Assembly: GCA_030549845.1 (NCBI GenBank)
Contig: JAUQQN010000001.1
Span: 180,001-212,000 of the forward strand
Origin: Patescibacteria group bacterium
GTDB lineage: Bacteria; Patescibacteriota; Minisyncoccia; UBA6257; HR35
Reading direction: 5' to 3'
DNA: 32,000 nt
This document shows, one piece after another, positions 1 through 9,359 of this stretch. The number at the start of each line of letters is the position of its first letter. The stretch's first letter is position 1. The notes under the pieces were generated by a model that did no database searches, was not told the origin of the DNA, and saw only the letters and a list, made by a program, of their open reading frames with translations. The translations under genes and the position numbers were made by a program.

Positions 1-207
1 ATCGATTTAGTAACAAAATTTGCTTATTTAAAAAATGGAGCAATGTATTCGATTGGTATGCTGGGTAGTTTAATGATTCTTGAAAGTTTCGGTAAGCATT
101 ATCCTTTTTGGTTAGCACCATTAAACACTTTTGCATTATTAGGACTTTTTCTTTATTTATCTTATAAGGAATTAAAAGAGGCAGAAAAATTAAAAGAGCT
201 TCAATGA
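1..207 (+). CDS. 3' end of an unidentified membrane-protein gene (5' part outside the window)
   Basis: Frame 1 is open from the window edge to TGA at 205-207. The translation IDLVTKFAYLKNGAMYSIGMLGSLMILESFGKHYPFWLAPLNTFALLGLFLYLSYKELKEAEKLKELQ has two hydrophobic helix-like stretches. No family recognised. Confidence 0.35.
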   Translation: MDLVTKFAYLKNGAMYSIGMLGSLMILESFGKHYPFWLAPLNTFALLGLFLYLSYKELKEAEKLKELQ

Positions 208-1223
208 ATTATTTCTTGTAATTTTTGTATATGTTTTAAAAGCATTGCACAATAACCCCATTCATTATCATACCAAGAAAAAACTTTTGCTAAATCACCA
301 TCAACAACTTTTGTCAAAGTAAGATCTATCACTGCTCCATATGGTTCACCAATAATATCACTGGAAACCACTGGATCTTCAATTACTTTTATGATATCTT
401 TCCATCTTGGTGAATTTGCCTCTTCTTTAAATATATCGTTAATTTCTTTAACAGACGTTTCTCTTTTCATAACCATTGTAATATCAGATAAAGAAACAAT
501 AGGAACTGGTACTCTAATTGAAATTCCATCAAATTTTCCTTTCATTTCTGGAATAACTTTTATCGTAGCCTCTGCAGCTCCAGTAGTGGATGGAACTATA
601 TTTTGAGCTCCGGCTCTCCCTCTTCTAAAGTCATGTCCTTTAACTATGCTATCTAGAATTGATTGTGTATTGGTGTAAGCATGAATTGTCGTAAGAATCG
701 CCTTTTTTATACCTATCCTTTCATTCAAAATTGCTATAACTGGATTTACTGAATTTGTTGTACAAGAAGCATTTGATGTTATTAAAGCTTGATCACCTAA
801 TGAAGAGATTTTCTCTAAATCTTCTAGTCCAGGTGTGAAATGTATTGTTATATCATCTTTTGCTGGAGCTGTTATTATAACTCTTTTTGCACCAGCCTCT
901 AAATGCGCTTTTGCTTTTTCATATTCTGTAAAAAACCCTGTAGCTTCTATCACTAGATCTATATCTAAATCTTTCCATGGCAAATTTCTAGGATCTGTTT
1001 CTTTAAAAACTAAAATTTCTTTATTATCTACAATTAATTTCCCATTCTCTACTTTTACCTCTTTTTCATATTTCCCGTAAATAGTATCATATTTTAGTAA
1101 GTAAGCCAAATTTTCTATATCAGATAAATCATTAATAGCAACTATATCGAAATTTTCTTTGTCAAATGCTACTCTGAAAAAAATTCTTCCTATTCTTCCA
1201 AATCCATTTATTGCAATTCTCAT
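201..1223 (-). CDS. gap: Glyceraldehyde-3-phosphate dehydrogenase
   Basis: N-terminal NAD-binding INGFGRIGR motif, catalytic SNASCTTN motif and C-terminal WYDNEWGY block. Length (340 aa) is typical. Confidence 0.95.
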   Translation of the reverse strand: MRIAINGFGRIGRIFFRVAFDKENFDIVAINDLSDIENLAYLLKYDTIYGKYEKEVKVENGKLIVDNKEILVFKETDPRNLPWKDLDIDLVIEATGFFTEYEKAKAHLEAGAKRVIITAPAKDDITIHFTPGLEDLEKISSLGDQALITSNASCTTNSVNPVIAILNERIGIKKAILTTIHAYTNTQSILDSIVKGHDFRRGRAGAQNIVPSTTGAAEATIKVIPEMKGKFDGISIRVPVPIVSLSDITMVMKRETSVKEINDIFKEEANSPRWKDIIKVIEDPVVSSDIIGEPYGAVIDLTLTKVVDGDLAKVFSWYDNEWGYCAMLLKHIQKLQEIIH

Positions 1224-1248
1224 ATTTTTTTAAAAGTTAAATTTCGAC

Positions 1249-2286
1249 CTAAAGTAAAGTTTTTATCTTTTCCTTTTCTTCGGTAACTACTGTTTTTAAT
1301 TTTTCTTCTTTTTTAATTAAATCCTTGAAATTAAACAAAAATCTATTAAAAGCCCTGTAAGCCTGTTCTAAGTTAGTAGTACTATTTGAAAGCTGAGAAC
1401 GTGCTTTTTCTAAATAACTAGTTATCTCATTTATGTCTTTTTCTAATTGGGCTAAGCTTTTAAGGATATCTTGAACATTTCTTGCAAATTCTTGTTTTTT
1501 TAATATCAAACTTAATTGTGAACACAATATTTCAAATGTTTTGGGAGAAGAAATTATAACAGATTTTTCTTTTGCATAATCCCAAATTTCATCATATTCT
1601 TTATTACTCAATATTTCATAAAACAATCCTTCTGCAGGTAGAAACATAATGGCATATTCTATTGTTTCTCTTATAGGAATAATATATTTACTTGAAATAT
1701 TATCAATGTGGGTTTTAATCGCTTTTATTAATTCTTTTCTCAATTTTTCTTTTTCAGCTTCAGAATCTGTTTCTAACAACTTTACAAAACTACTATAAGG
1801 GAATTTAGAATCAATAGGAATAATAGTATCATTAATTTTTAAAATAAAATCTACTACAAAGCTTCCTAATCTATATTGTTTCTCATAAACATTTTTAGGA
1901 AAGTCTTTTAAAATTTCTTCTAAAGCTTTCTCTCCAAAAATCCCTCTTGATTTTGTCCCTGCTAAGACTTCTTTTAAATTCCTAAGATCTAAAGAATGAT
2001 TTTCTAACACTCTTGCAACTTCTTCTATTTTTGCTGTTTTTTCCGTTGTTTTTTCTAGCTTTTCGTGAATTTCTTTTTGAATATTTTCCAATTTAGATTC
2101 TATCTCCTTTCTTAATTCTTGGGAGATAGTAACTAATTTTTCTAAGGCTAGTTGTTCTTCTTCTTTCTCTTTATACTCTTTTTCTCTAAACCTTATTTCT
2201 AACTCTTTTTTTATAAAAAAATACAAAATACCCAAAGCAGAGCTTATTATTATTAGATTTATAAAAACAACCAATAAAATTTCCAT
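1249..2286 (-). CDS. rmuC: DNA recombination protein RmuC family
   Basis: N-terminal TM helix, a long E/K-rich coiled coil, then a C-terminal nuclease-like domain (IPIDSKFP, MFLPAEG). This is the usual RmuC architecture. Confidence 0.75.
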   Translation of the reverse strand: MEILLVVFINLIIISSALGILYFFIKKELEIRFREKEYKEKEEEQLALEKLVTISQELRKEIESKLENIQKEIHEKLEKTTEKTAKIEEVARVLENHSLDLRNLKEVLAGTKSRGIFGEKALEEILKDFPKNVYEKQYRLGSFVVDFILKINDTIIPIDSKFPYSSFVKLLETDSEAEKEKLRKELIKAIKTHIDNISSKYIIPIRETIEYAIMFLPAEGLFYEILSNKEYDEIWDYAKEKSVIISSPKTFEILCSQLSLILKKQEFARNVQDILKSLAQLEKDINEITSYLEKARSQLSNSTTNLEQAYRAFNRFLFNFKDLIKKEEKLKTVVTEEKEKIKTLL

Positions 2287-2903
2287 TATTTAAAATTATA
2301 CTTCAGTTTTTTTAGGATTTCTTTTAAATAATTTTCTTGTTCTTTTTCATCAAGAAATTCTACTTGATTTTTGATTTTTCTTTTTAAAATAATATCATAA
2401 ATAAAAATTCCAGCAGAAACAGAAACATTTAAACTTTCTACCATTCCTAGCATAGGAATATAAACTTTGTAATCTGCATTTTTTATTGCATAATCAGAAA
2501 GTCCATTTACTTCATTTCCCAAAAATAAAGCAGTTTTTTCTGGCCAATTAAATTCAAAAATGTTTTCAGCTTTTTCATTAACCACTGTTGCCACTATTTT
2601 AAAATTTTCCTTTTTTAAACTTTCTATGCATTCAATTGTAGGATTTTCATAATTATCTTTTGAAAAAATTTTATACAAAATCCATTTACTAGAACCTACA
2701 GAGGTTGAAGTTAGCTCATAAGGATCATAAAATTCTATTTTATTAAAAATGAAATACACAAAAGGAACCCCTAATGCATCGCATGTTCTTAATATTGCCC
2801 CAGCGTTAAATTTGTCTTTAACATCTTCTAAAACAACAATTAAATTTTTAATTCTCTTTTTGGCAAGATTTTTAATTTTTTCTAATTTATTTTCTGTGAC
2901 CAT
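2286..2903 (-). CDS. SpoU/TrmH-family RNA 2'-O-methyltransferase
   Basis: SPOUT motifs AGAILRTCDALGV, LFLGNEVNGLS and IPMLGMVESLNVSVSAGIFIYD. Its stop overlaps the rmuC start by 1 nt (TAATG). Confidence 0.85.
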   Translation of the reverse strand: MVTENKLEKIKNLAKKRIKNLIVVLEDVKDKFNAGAILRTCDALGVPFVYFIFNKIEFYDPYELTSTSVGSSKWILYKIFSKDNYENPTIECIESLKKENFKIVATVVNEKAENIFEFNWPEKTALFLGNEVNGLSDYAIKNADYKVYIPMLGMVESLNVSVSAGIFIYDIILKRKIKNQVEFLDEKEQENYLKEILKKLKYNFK

Positions 2904-2942
2904 GTTTTTCTAATTAATAATATAATAAAATAATAAAGAAAA

Positions 2943-4673
2943 ATGAAAAATTTAGAAATTGCAAGACTTTTGAGAATGATGGCATTATATTTAGAAATGA
3001 AAGGAATTCCTTTTAAGCCTCAGGCCTATGAGAGAGCGGCTTATTCTATTGAATCTCTAGACGAAAATATTGAAGAATTTGTAAAAAAAGTCGGGAAAGA
3101 AGGATTAAAAAATCTTCCTGGTGTAGGCGAGTCTATTGCAGAGAAAATAATAGAGTTTTTAAAGACAGGACAGATTAAAGAATTAGAAGAATTAAAAAAA
3201 GAAGTGCCGGTTGATATAGAAACCCTTTCTTCTATTGAAGGAGTTGGTCCTAAAACTATATATAAGCTATATAAAGCCCTTGGGATTAGAACATTAGAAG
3301 ATTTAGAAAAAGCTTGTAGAGAACATAAAATAAGAAGATTGCCTGGGTTTGGAGCTCAAAGTGAAGAAAAAATTCTAAAAGGTATAGAATTTTTTAAGCA
3401 AGGAAGCAAAAGATTTGTATTAGGATTTATAATACCGATTGTCGAAAGCTTGGTAAATTATTTAAAAGAGCATCCTGATATAAAAGAAGTAGTACCTGCT
3501 GGATCTTATAGAAGAAGAAAAGAAACGGTTGGAGATATTGATATTTTAGCTATCTCTAAAAACCCAGAAAAGGTTATGGATTATTTTGTAAGCTTTCCAG
3601 AAGTTGAGCACATTTATGCAAAAGGACCAACAAAAACAATGGTGAGATTAAAAATCGGTTTAGACGTTGATTTAAGGGTTGTGGAAAAAGAAAGTTTTGG
3701 CGCTGCTTTAGCTTATTTTACTGGTTCAAAAGATCACAATATACAAATGAGAGAGCTTGCTATTAAAAAAGGATGGAAATTAAATGAATACGGGTTATTT
3801 GATAAAAATGGCAAAAGAATAGCAGGTGAGACTGAAGAAGAAATATATGAAAAGTTAGGACTCCAGTGGATACCTCCTGAATTACGTGAAAACCAAGGAG
3901 AAATTCAGTTTGCCCTAGAAAAAAAATTACCAGAGTTAATAGAATATGGAAGCATAAAAGGAGATCTACAGATCCAAACAAACTGGACAGATGGCAGCAA
4001 TTCTATTGAGGAAATGGTTGAAGAAGCTATAAAACTAGGCTTAGAATACATTTGTATCACAGATCATACAAAATCTTTAGCTGTAACTGGTGGGCTAGAC
4101 GAAGAAAAACTATTAAAACAAATGAATTTTATTGATGAATTGAACAAAAAATATAAAGGAAAAATAACAATTTTGAAAGGAGCTGAAGTAAACATTCAAA
4201 AAGATGGCAGTTTAGACATTTCTGATGAAATATTAGCAAAATTAGATTTTGTAGGAGCAGCAATTCATACCCATTTTAACCTACCTAAAAATGTACAAAC
4301 AGAAAGGATAATAAAAGCCATGAAAAATCCGCATGTAGACTGTATTTTTCATCCAACAGGAAGAGTTATTAATAAAAGGCCACCTTATGAAGTTGACATT
4401 GATAAAATAATTGACGAAGCTAAAAAAACTAATACCATCTTAGAAATAGATGCTTACCCAGATAGGCTTGATTTGAAAGATGAACACATAAAAAAATGTG
4501 TAGAAAAAGGCGTTAAAATGGTAATAGACTCTGATGCTCATTCTTATTTGCATTATCAATATTTAAATTTAGGAGTTGCTCAAGCAAGAAGAGGTTGGGC
4601 TACACAAAGCGACATTCTAAATACACTTCCATTAAAAGACTTCATGAAAAATTTACCTAAACGAAGGATGTGA
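2943..4673 (+). CDS. polX: Family X DNA polymerase with C-terminal PHP domain
   Basis: HhH motifs (LPGVGESIAEKI, IEGVGPKTIYKL), the Pol-beta nucleotidyltransferase block GSYRRRKETVGDIDIL, and PHP-type His/Asp blocks (ITDHT, IHTHF, IDSDAH). Ends with TGA. Confidence 0.9.
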   Translation: MKNLEIARLLRMMALYLEMKGIPFKPQAYERAAYSIESLDENIEEFVKKVGKEGLKNLPGVGESIAEKIIEFLKTGQIKELEELKKEVPVDIETLSSIEGVGPKTIYKLYKALGIRTLEDLEKACREHKIRRLPGFGAQSEEKILKGIEFFKQGSKRFVLGFIIPIVESLVNYLKEHPDIKEVVPAGSYRRRKETVGDIDILAISKNPEKVMDYFVSFPEVEHIYAKGPTKTMVRLKIGLDVDLRVVEKESFGAALAYFTGSKDHNIQMRELAIKKGWKLNEYGLFDKNGKRIAGETEEEIYEKLGLQWIPPELRENQGEIQFALEKKLPELIEYGSIKGDLQIQTNWTDGSNSIEEMVEEAIKLGLEYICITDHTKSLAVTGGLDEEKLLKQMNFIDELNKKYKGKITILKGAEVNIQKDGSLDISDEILAKLDFVGAAIHTHFNLPKNVQTERIIKAMKNPHVDCIFHPTGRVINKRPPYEVDIDKIIDEAKKTNTILEIDAYPDRLDLKDEHIKKCVEKGVKMVIDSDAHSYLHYQYLNLGVAQARRGWATQSDILNTLPLKDFMKNLPKRRM

Positions 4674-4718
4674 ATAAATCTATATTGATTTTATTTTTTA
4701 ATTTATTAAAATAATTAG

Positions 4719-5873
4719 ATGAACGTATTAATGATTGGGTGGGAATTGCCACCATTCAACAGTGGTGGTTTGGGTGTTGCTTGTTTTTTTATGGCTTCTC
4801 ATTTAAAAAACAAAATAAACATAATCTTTACTCTTCCTAAAAAATTACCAATTAAAAATGTCCCCTTTAAAGTGCTTTTTGCTGATGAAAAAATTGAAAT
4901 ATTAGAAGGTTATTTAAAATATAAAGGAATAGTTGTACAAGGATTTTTAGAAGAAGTTTTAACATATGGAAAAAGGCTTTTACAAACTTTAGTCAAAAAT
5001 AACATAAAGATCGATATAATCCATGCTCATGATTGGTTGGGTGGAGTAGCAGGAGTTTATTTAAAAGAAGCCCTTAAAAAACCATTAATAATTCACGTTC
5101 ATGCAACCGAAATAGAAAGAACAGGAAATAGCCCCAATCCTTTAATCTACAATTTAGAAAAAGATTGTTTTGAAAAGGCAGATTTAATAATTACTGTAAG
5201 CTCTTTAACAAAAAAGATTGTAAGTGAATTTTATAACATAAACCCGGAAAAAATAATTCCTGTACCAAATGGAATTGATTTCGAAATATACCCCAATAAA
5301 GAACCCAAGTTTATTATAGAACTGAAAAAGCAAGGTTATAAAATAGTTACATTTGTAGGAAGATTAGTTTTACAAAAAGGCCCTGATTATTTTCTTAAAA
5401 CTTTAAAATATGTACAAAAATTTGTTCCAAAAATCAAATATGTATTTGTAGGAAGTGGCGATATGTTAAGTTCATTAATAAAAATTGCTTATGAAGATAA
5501 TGTATTAGATAAAGTTATATTTGCTGGTTTTTTAAGAGACGCAGAGCTTTGGGGAGTTTATAAATATTCTGATCTATTAGTTTCTCCTTCTGTGTTTGAT
5601 CCATTTGGACTTGTTCCATTAGAGGCCGTAAAGTTTAAATTACCAGTAATAATCTCAAAAACAACTGGATGCGGAGAATACCTTTATCATTGTTTAAAGG
5701 TTGATTTTTGGGATATAAAATTGATGGCAAATTACATTGTAGGGGTTTTAAAATATCAACCATTGCGAAATGAATTGGTAAAAAACTCTTTTGGTGAATT
5801 GCCAAAGTTTGATTGGGAAGATAGAGCTAACCAGATTGTAAATATATATTCTAATCTCCTAAACAAAGTATAA
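4719..5873 (+). CDS. Glycogen-synthase-like GT-B glycosyltransferase (GT4/GT5-like)
   Basis: N-terminus MIGWELPPFNSGGLGV resembles the E-x-x-P-x-x-x-GGL motif of glycogen/starch synthases. The C-terminal half has the GT-B block PSVFDPFGLVPLEA. Confidence 0.7.
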   Translation: MNVLMIGWELPPFNSGGLGVACFFMASHLKNKINIIFTLPKKLPIKNVPFKVLFADEKIEILEGYLKYKGIVVQGFLEEVLTYGKRLLQTLVKNNIKIDIIHAHDWLGGVAGVYLKEALKKPLIIHVHATEIERTGNSPNPLIYNLEKDCFEKADLIITVSSLTKKIVSEFYNINPEKIIPVPNGIDFEIYPNKEPKFIIELKKQGYKIVTFVGRLVLQKGPDYFLKTLKYVQKFVPKIKYVFVGSGDMLSSLIKIAYEDNVLDKVIFAGFLRDAELWGVYKYSDLLVSPSVFDPFGLVPLEAVKFKLPVIISKTTGCGEYLYHCLKVDFWDIKLMANYIVGVLKYQPLRNELVKNSFGELPKFDWEDRANQIVNIYSNLLNKV

Positions 5874-5875
5874 AA

Positions 5876-7048
5876 ATGCCTTCTATTTGTTTTTATTTTA
5901 AAATTCATCAACCATTTAGGTTAAAAAATTACAGTGTATTTGATATTGGTGAGGACTTTAATTATTTTGATGATGAAAGAAATAAGATGTATTTAGACAG
6001 AATTGCCCAAAAATGTTATATTCCTACATTAAACTTAATATATGAACTAATAAAAGAAACAAACTTTAGATTTAAAGCTTCTTTTGGTCTAACTGGTACA
6101 TTAATAGAACAATTTAAGCTTTGGCATCCAGAAGTTTTGGATTTATTTAAGAAAGTAGCAAGTACAGGGTGTATAGAGTTTACTGGCGAAACTTATTATC
6201 ATTCCCTTTCTTCATTATTTTCCATAAAGGAATTTATAGAACAAATTGAATTACATAAAAAAATAATAGAAAAAGAGTTCATGCAAATTCCTAAGGTTTT
6301 TTCTAACACAGAGCTAATATACTTTGACGAGTTAGAAAATATACTACCTGACTTGGGCTTTAATGCAATCATAACTGAGGGAGTTGATTGGATTTTGGGT
6401 TGGCGTTCTCCAAATTTTATATATGAATCACCACAAGGCAAATTGAAAATATTTTTAAGGAATTATAAGCTTTCTGATGACATAAGTTTTAGGTTTTCTT
6501 CTAGAGATTGGGATGGTTGGCCATTAACAGCTGATAAATTTGCAAGCTGGGTTGCGCAATTTAGAGGTAATGGTGAAGTTATTAATTTATTTATGGATTT
6601 TGAGACATTTGGAGAGCACCAATGGGCTGAGACTGGTATCTTTGAATTTCTTGCTAATTTACCATTTGAAATTTTGAAATATAAAGATTTAGAATTTTCC
6701 ACCCTATCAGAAGCACTAAAAAAATATCCTGTAAGGGGCACTTATTCGTCCTATTATCCAATTACATGGGCTGATACTGAAAGAGATTTAACAGCTTGGT
6801 TAGGAAATGAAATGCAAAAGGATTCCGCTTATAGATTATATCAACTTGAAAATAGAATAAAATCAAAGGATGAAAATTTTTTAGATACATGGAGAAAACT
6901 TCAAACTGCGGATCATTTTTATTATATGTGCACGAAATGGTTTGCTGATGGAGATGTTCATAAATATTTCAATCCTTATGAAAATCCTTATGTTGCTTAT
7001 TTGAATTTCAGAAATGTTTTAGAAGATTTAAATTTAAGATTAAAATAA
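5876..7048 (+). CDS. Glycoside hydrolase family 57 protein (alpha-glucan-active enzyme)
   Basis: The N-terminal FKIHQPFR block matches the GH57 HQP region. DFETFGEH matches the GH57 acid/base region. Starts 2 nt after the glycosyltransferase stop. Confidence 0.75.
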   Translation: MPSICFYFKIHQPFRLKNYSVFDIGEDFNYFDDERNKMYLDRIAQKCYIPTLNLIYELIKETNFRFKASFGLTGTLIEQFKLWHPEVLDLFKKVASTGCIEFTGETYYHSLSSLFSIKEFIEQIELHKKIIEKEFMQIPKVFSNTELIYFDELENILPDLGFNAIITEGVDWILGWRSPNFIYESPQGKLKIFLRNYKLSDDISFRFSSRDWDGWPLTADKFASWVAQFRGNGEVINLFMDFETFGEHQWAETGIFEFLANLPFEILKYKDLEFSTLSEALKKYPVRGTYSSYYPITWADTERDLTAWLGNEMQKDSAYRLYQLENRIKSKDENFLDTWRKLQTADHFYYMCTKWFADGDVHKYFNPYENPYVAYLNFRNVLEDLNLRLK

Positions 7049-7051
7049 TTT

Positions 7052-8302
7052 ATGAAAATAGAAGAGTTAAAAAACAGAATAGAATTTGAAATACAAAAAC
7101 CTATTTCTGAAATTTCTATTATAAATTTAGTTCAAGATTTGATAAGTTATTGTTACAAAGCAAGAGCTTCAGATATACACATAGAACCCCAGGAAAATCA
7201 ATTATTAATAAAAGCAAGAATTGATGGTATTATCCATGAACTTTTTACCTTTCCTAAAGAAATTCAAGATGAAATAATCTCACGAATAAAAATATTATCA
7301 GGCCTTAGAACAGATGAACACTACACACCACAAGATGGACGTTTTAAGTTTTTTGACTCCTATTCAAACTCAGAATTTGATATACGGGTTTCTATTATGC
7401 CTACATATTTTGGAGAGAATGCTGTTTTAAGATTATTAGTATCAAAAGAGACATCTTTTACCTTAGAAACTCTTGGCTTTTCTGAAAGGGATTTAAAAGA
7501 AGTTAAAAAAGCTATTAAAAAACCTTATGGTATGATACTTGTAACGGGACCTACTGGCTCTGGTAAAACTACTACTTTATATACGATATTAAAAACTTTA
7601 AATACAGGAGCTGTTTCTATAATTACATTAGAAGATCCAATTGAATATTCCATACCAGGTATCACACAAATACAAGTTAATCCTCAAGTAGGTTTAGTTT
7701 TTAGTACTGGTTTAAGAGCTATTTTAAGACAAGATCCTGATATTATCATGGTTGGTGAAATAAGAGATGAAGAAACAGCAGATATTGCTGTCAATGCTGC
7801 CTTAACTGGACATTTACTTTTGTCAACTTTACATACAAATGACGCAGCAACTGCTTTACCAAGACTCTTAGAAATGGGAGTGGAACCTTTTTTAATTGCT
7901 TCTACGGTAAATATAGTTATAGGACAAAGATTAGTACGAAAAATTTGTGAAAACTGTAAACAAGAAAGAAAATTCACAACAACAGAAATATTATCATTTT
8001 TAGAAACTATTGGATTAGATCTTACGTTAGAAAATATTAAAGAAATTAAAAAACAAAAGTTTTATATAGGAAAAGGATGTGAATTATGTAATAATACTGG
8101 ATATTATGGAAGATTAGGGATATTCGAGGTATTGCCTATCACTGATAAAATAAGAACAGCTATCATGAAAAGGTCAGATAGCAATGAAATAAAGTCTATT
8201 GCTGTTTCTGAGGGTATGAAAACAATGATTCAAGACGGTTTTGATAAAGTAGTAAAAGGTCTTACAACTATAGAAGAAATTCTAAGAGTTATTCATGAAT
8301 AA
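7052..8302 (+). CDS. pilB: Type IV pilus / type II secretion assembly ATPase (GspE/PilB family, short form)
   Basis: Walker A GPTGSGKTTT, Asp box ITLEDPIEY, Walker B DPDIIMVGEIRD, His box GHLLLSTLHTND. The tetracysteine CENC...CELC motif is typical of PilB/GspE rather than PilT. Confidence 0.9.
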   Translation: MKIEELKNRIEFEIQKPISEISIINLVQDLISYCYKARASDIHIEPQENQLLIKARIDGIIHELFTFPKEIQDEIISRIKILSGLRTDEHYTPQDGRFKFFDSYSNSEFDIRVSIMPTYFGENAVLRLLVSKETSFTLETLGFSERDLKEVKKAIKKPYGMILVTGPTGSGKTTTLYTILKTLNTGAVSIITLEDPIEYSIPGITQIQVNPQVGLVFSTGLRAILRQDPDIIMVGEIRDEETADIAVNAALTGHLLLSTLHTNDAATALPRLLEMGVEPFLIASTVNIVIGQRLVRKICENCKQERKFTTTEILSFLETIGLDLTLENIKEIKKQKFYIGKGCELCNNTGYYGRLGIFEVLPITDKIRTAIMKRSDSNEIKSIAVSEGMKTMIQDGFDKVVKGLTTIEEILRVIHE

Positions 8303-9359
8303 AAAACCTTTTTTTCTAAGAATTTCTTTAAATGAGAAAATACTATTTGTTAGAAATTTATCGATGCTGTTAAAAAGCGGTATTAGCATTGTTGAAGCCT
8401 TAGAGATTTTAAAAAATAACACAAAATCTAAAACTTTAATTTATATTCTAAACGAAACTATTTCAGATGTTCAAAGAGGGCAATTTTTATCAAATAGTTT
8501 AAATAAATTTAAAAATGTATTTGGTGAGTTTTTTGTAAATATAATTAGGGTAGGAGAGCTTACGGGGAAGCTCCCCGAAAATCTAGACAAATTAGCTGAT
8601 GAGTTAGCACAAATAGGAGCTTTGAAAAGAAAAATTATTACTACCATGATTTACCCAACTTTCATAATAACAACAATGGTAGTTTTAGTAATTTTCGTTT
8701 TGTATTTTGTTTTTCCTAAAATATTACCTATCTTCGAAAATCTAGGAGTAGAATTGCCTCTTACTACTAAAATTTTTATAAAGGTTTCTTATTTTTTAAT
8801 AAACAATACAACTGAGCTGATAATTTTTTTAATTATATTTATTTTATCATTTTTTATTGCCTTAAGATTTCCTAAGTCAAAATTTTATATTGATTTATTT
8901 TTATTAAATCTACCATTGCTTTCGGATGTAATTAAAAAATATATTCTTGCTGAATTTTCTAGGATATTAAGCTTATTATTAGGAAGTGGGCTTAAAATAG
9001 TAGAAAGCATAGAAATTGCTGGAAATGCTTTAACTAATAATGTATATAAAAAAATTTTAATAGATGTTTCATCAAATGTTTTATCGGGCTATCCTTTAAA
9101 TGAGTCTTTAGAAAAATTTCCAAAATTATTTCCTTATAATTTTGTAAAGATGATTGAAATTGGCGAAAGAACAGGAAATCTAGAAAAAAATTTAAGATAC
9201 TTATCCCAAAACTTTGAGGAGGATGTAGACACATTTTTAGAAAGATTTATAAATATATTAGAGCCTTTAATATTAGTAATTATCGCAGCAACAATTGGTT
9301 TTATGGCAATTTCTATTATACTACCAATATATGAATTATCAGAAAAAATCCAACCTTAG
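8295..9359 (+). CDS. pilC: Type IV pilus platform protein (GspF/PilC family)
   Basis: Duplicated T2SSF-type domains, several TM segments and a GERTGNLEKNL block. Overlaps pilB by 8 nt. Confidence 0.9.
   Translation: MNKKPFFLRISLNEKILFVRNLSMLLKSGISIVEALEILKNNTKSKTLIYILNETISDVQRGQFLSNSLNKFKNVFGEFFVNIIRVGELTGKLPENLDKLADELAQIGALKRKIITTMIYPTFIITTMVVLVIFVLYFVFPKILPIFENLGVELPLTTKIFIKVSYFLINNTTELIIFLIIFILSFFIALRFPKSKFYIDLFLLNLPLLSDVIKKYILAEFSRILSLLLGSGLKIVESIEIAGNALTNNVYKKILIDVSSNVLSGYPLNESLEKFPKLFPYNFVKMIEIGERTGNLEKNLRYLSQNFEEDVDTFLERFINILEPLILVIIAATIGFMAISIILPIYELSEKIQP

Noticed and set aside
4671-4673. Possible alternative genetic code (UGA recoding, as in some CPR lineages)
   Set aside because: TGA terminates conserved genes at their expected lengths (polX here, plus several ATGA coupled junctions). 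No conserved gene is interrupted by in-frame TGA. The standard code 11 fits.
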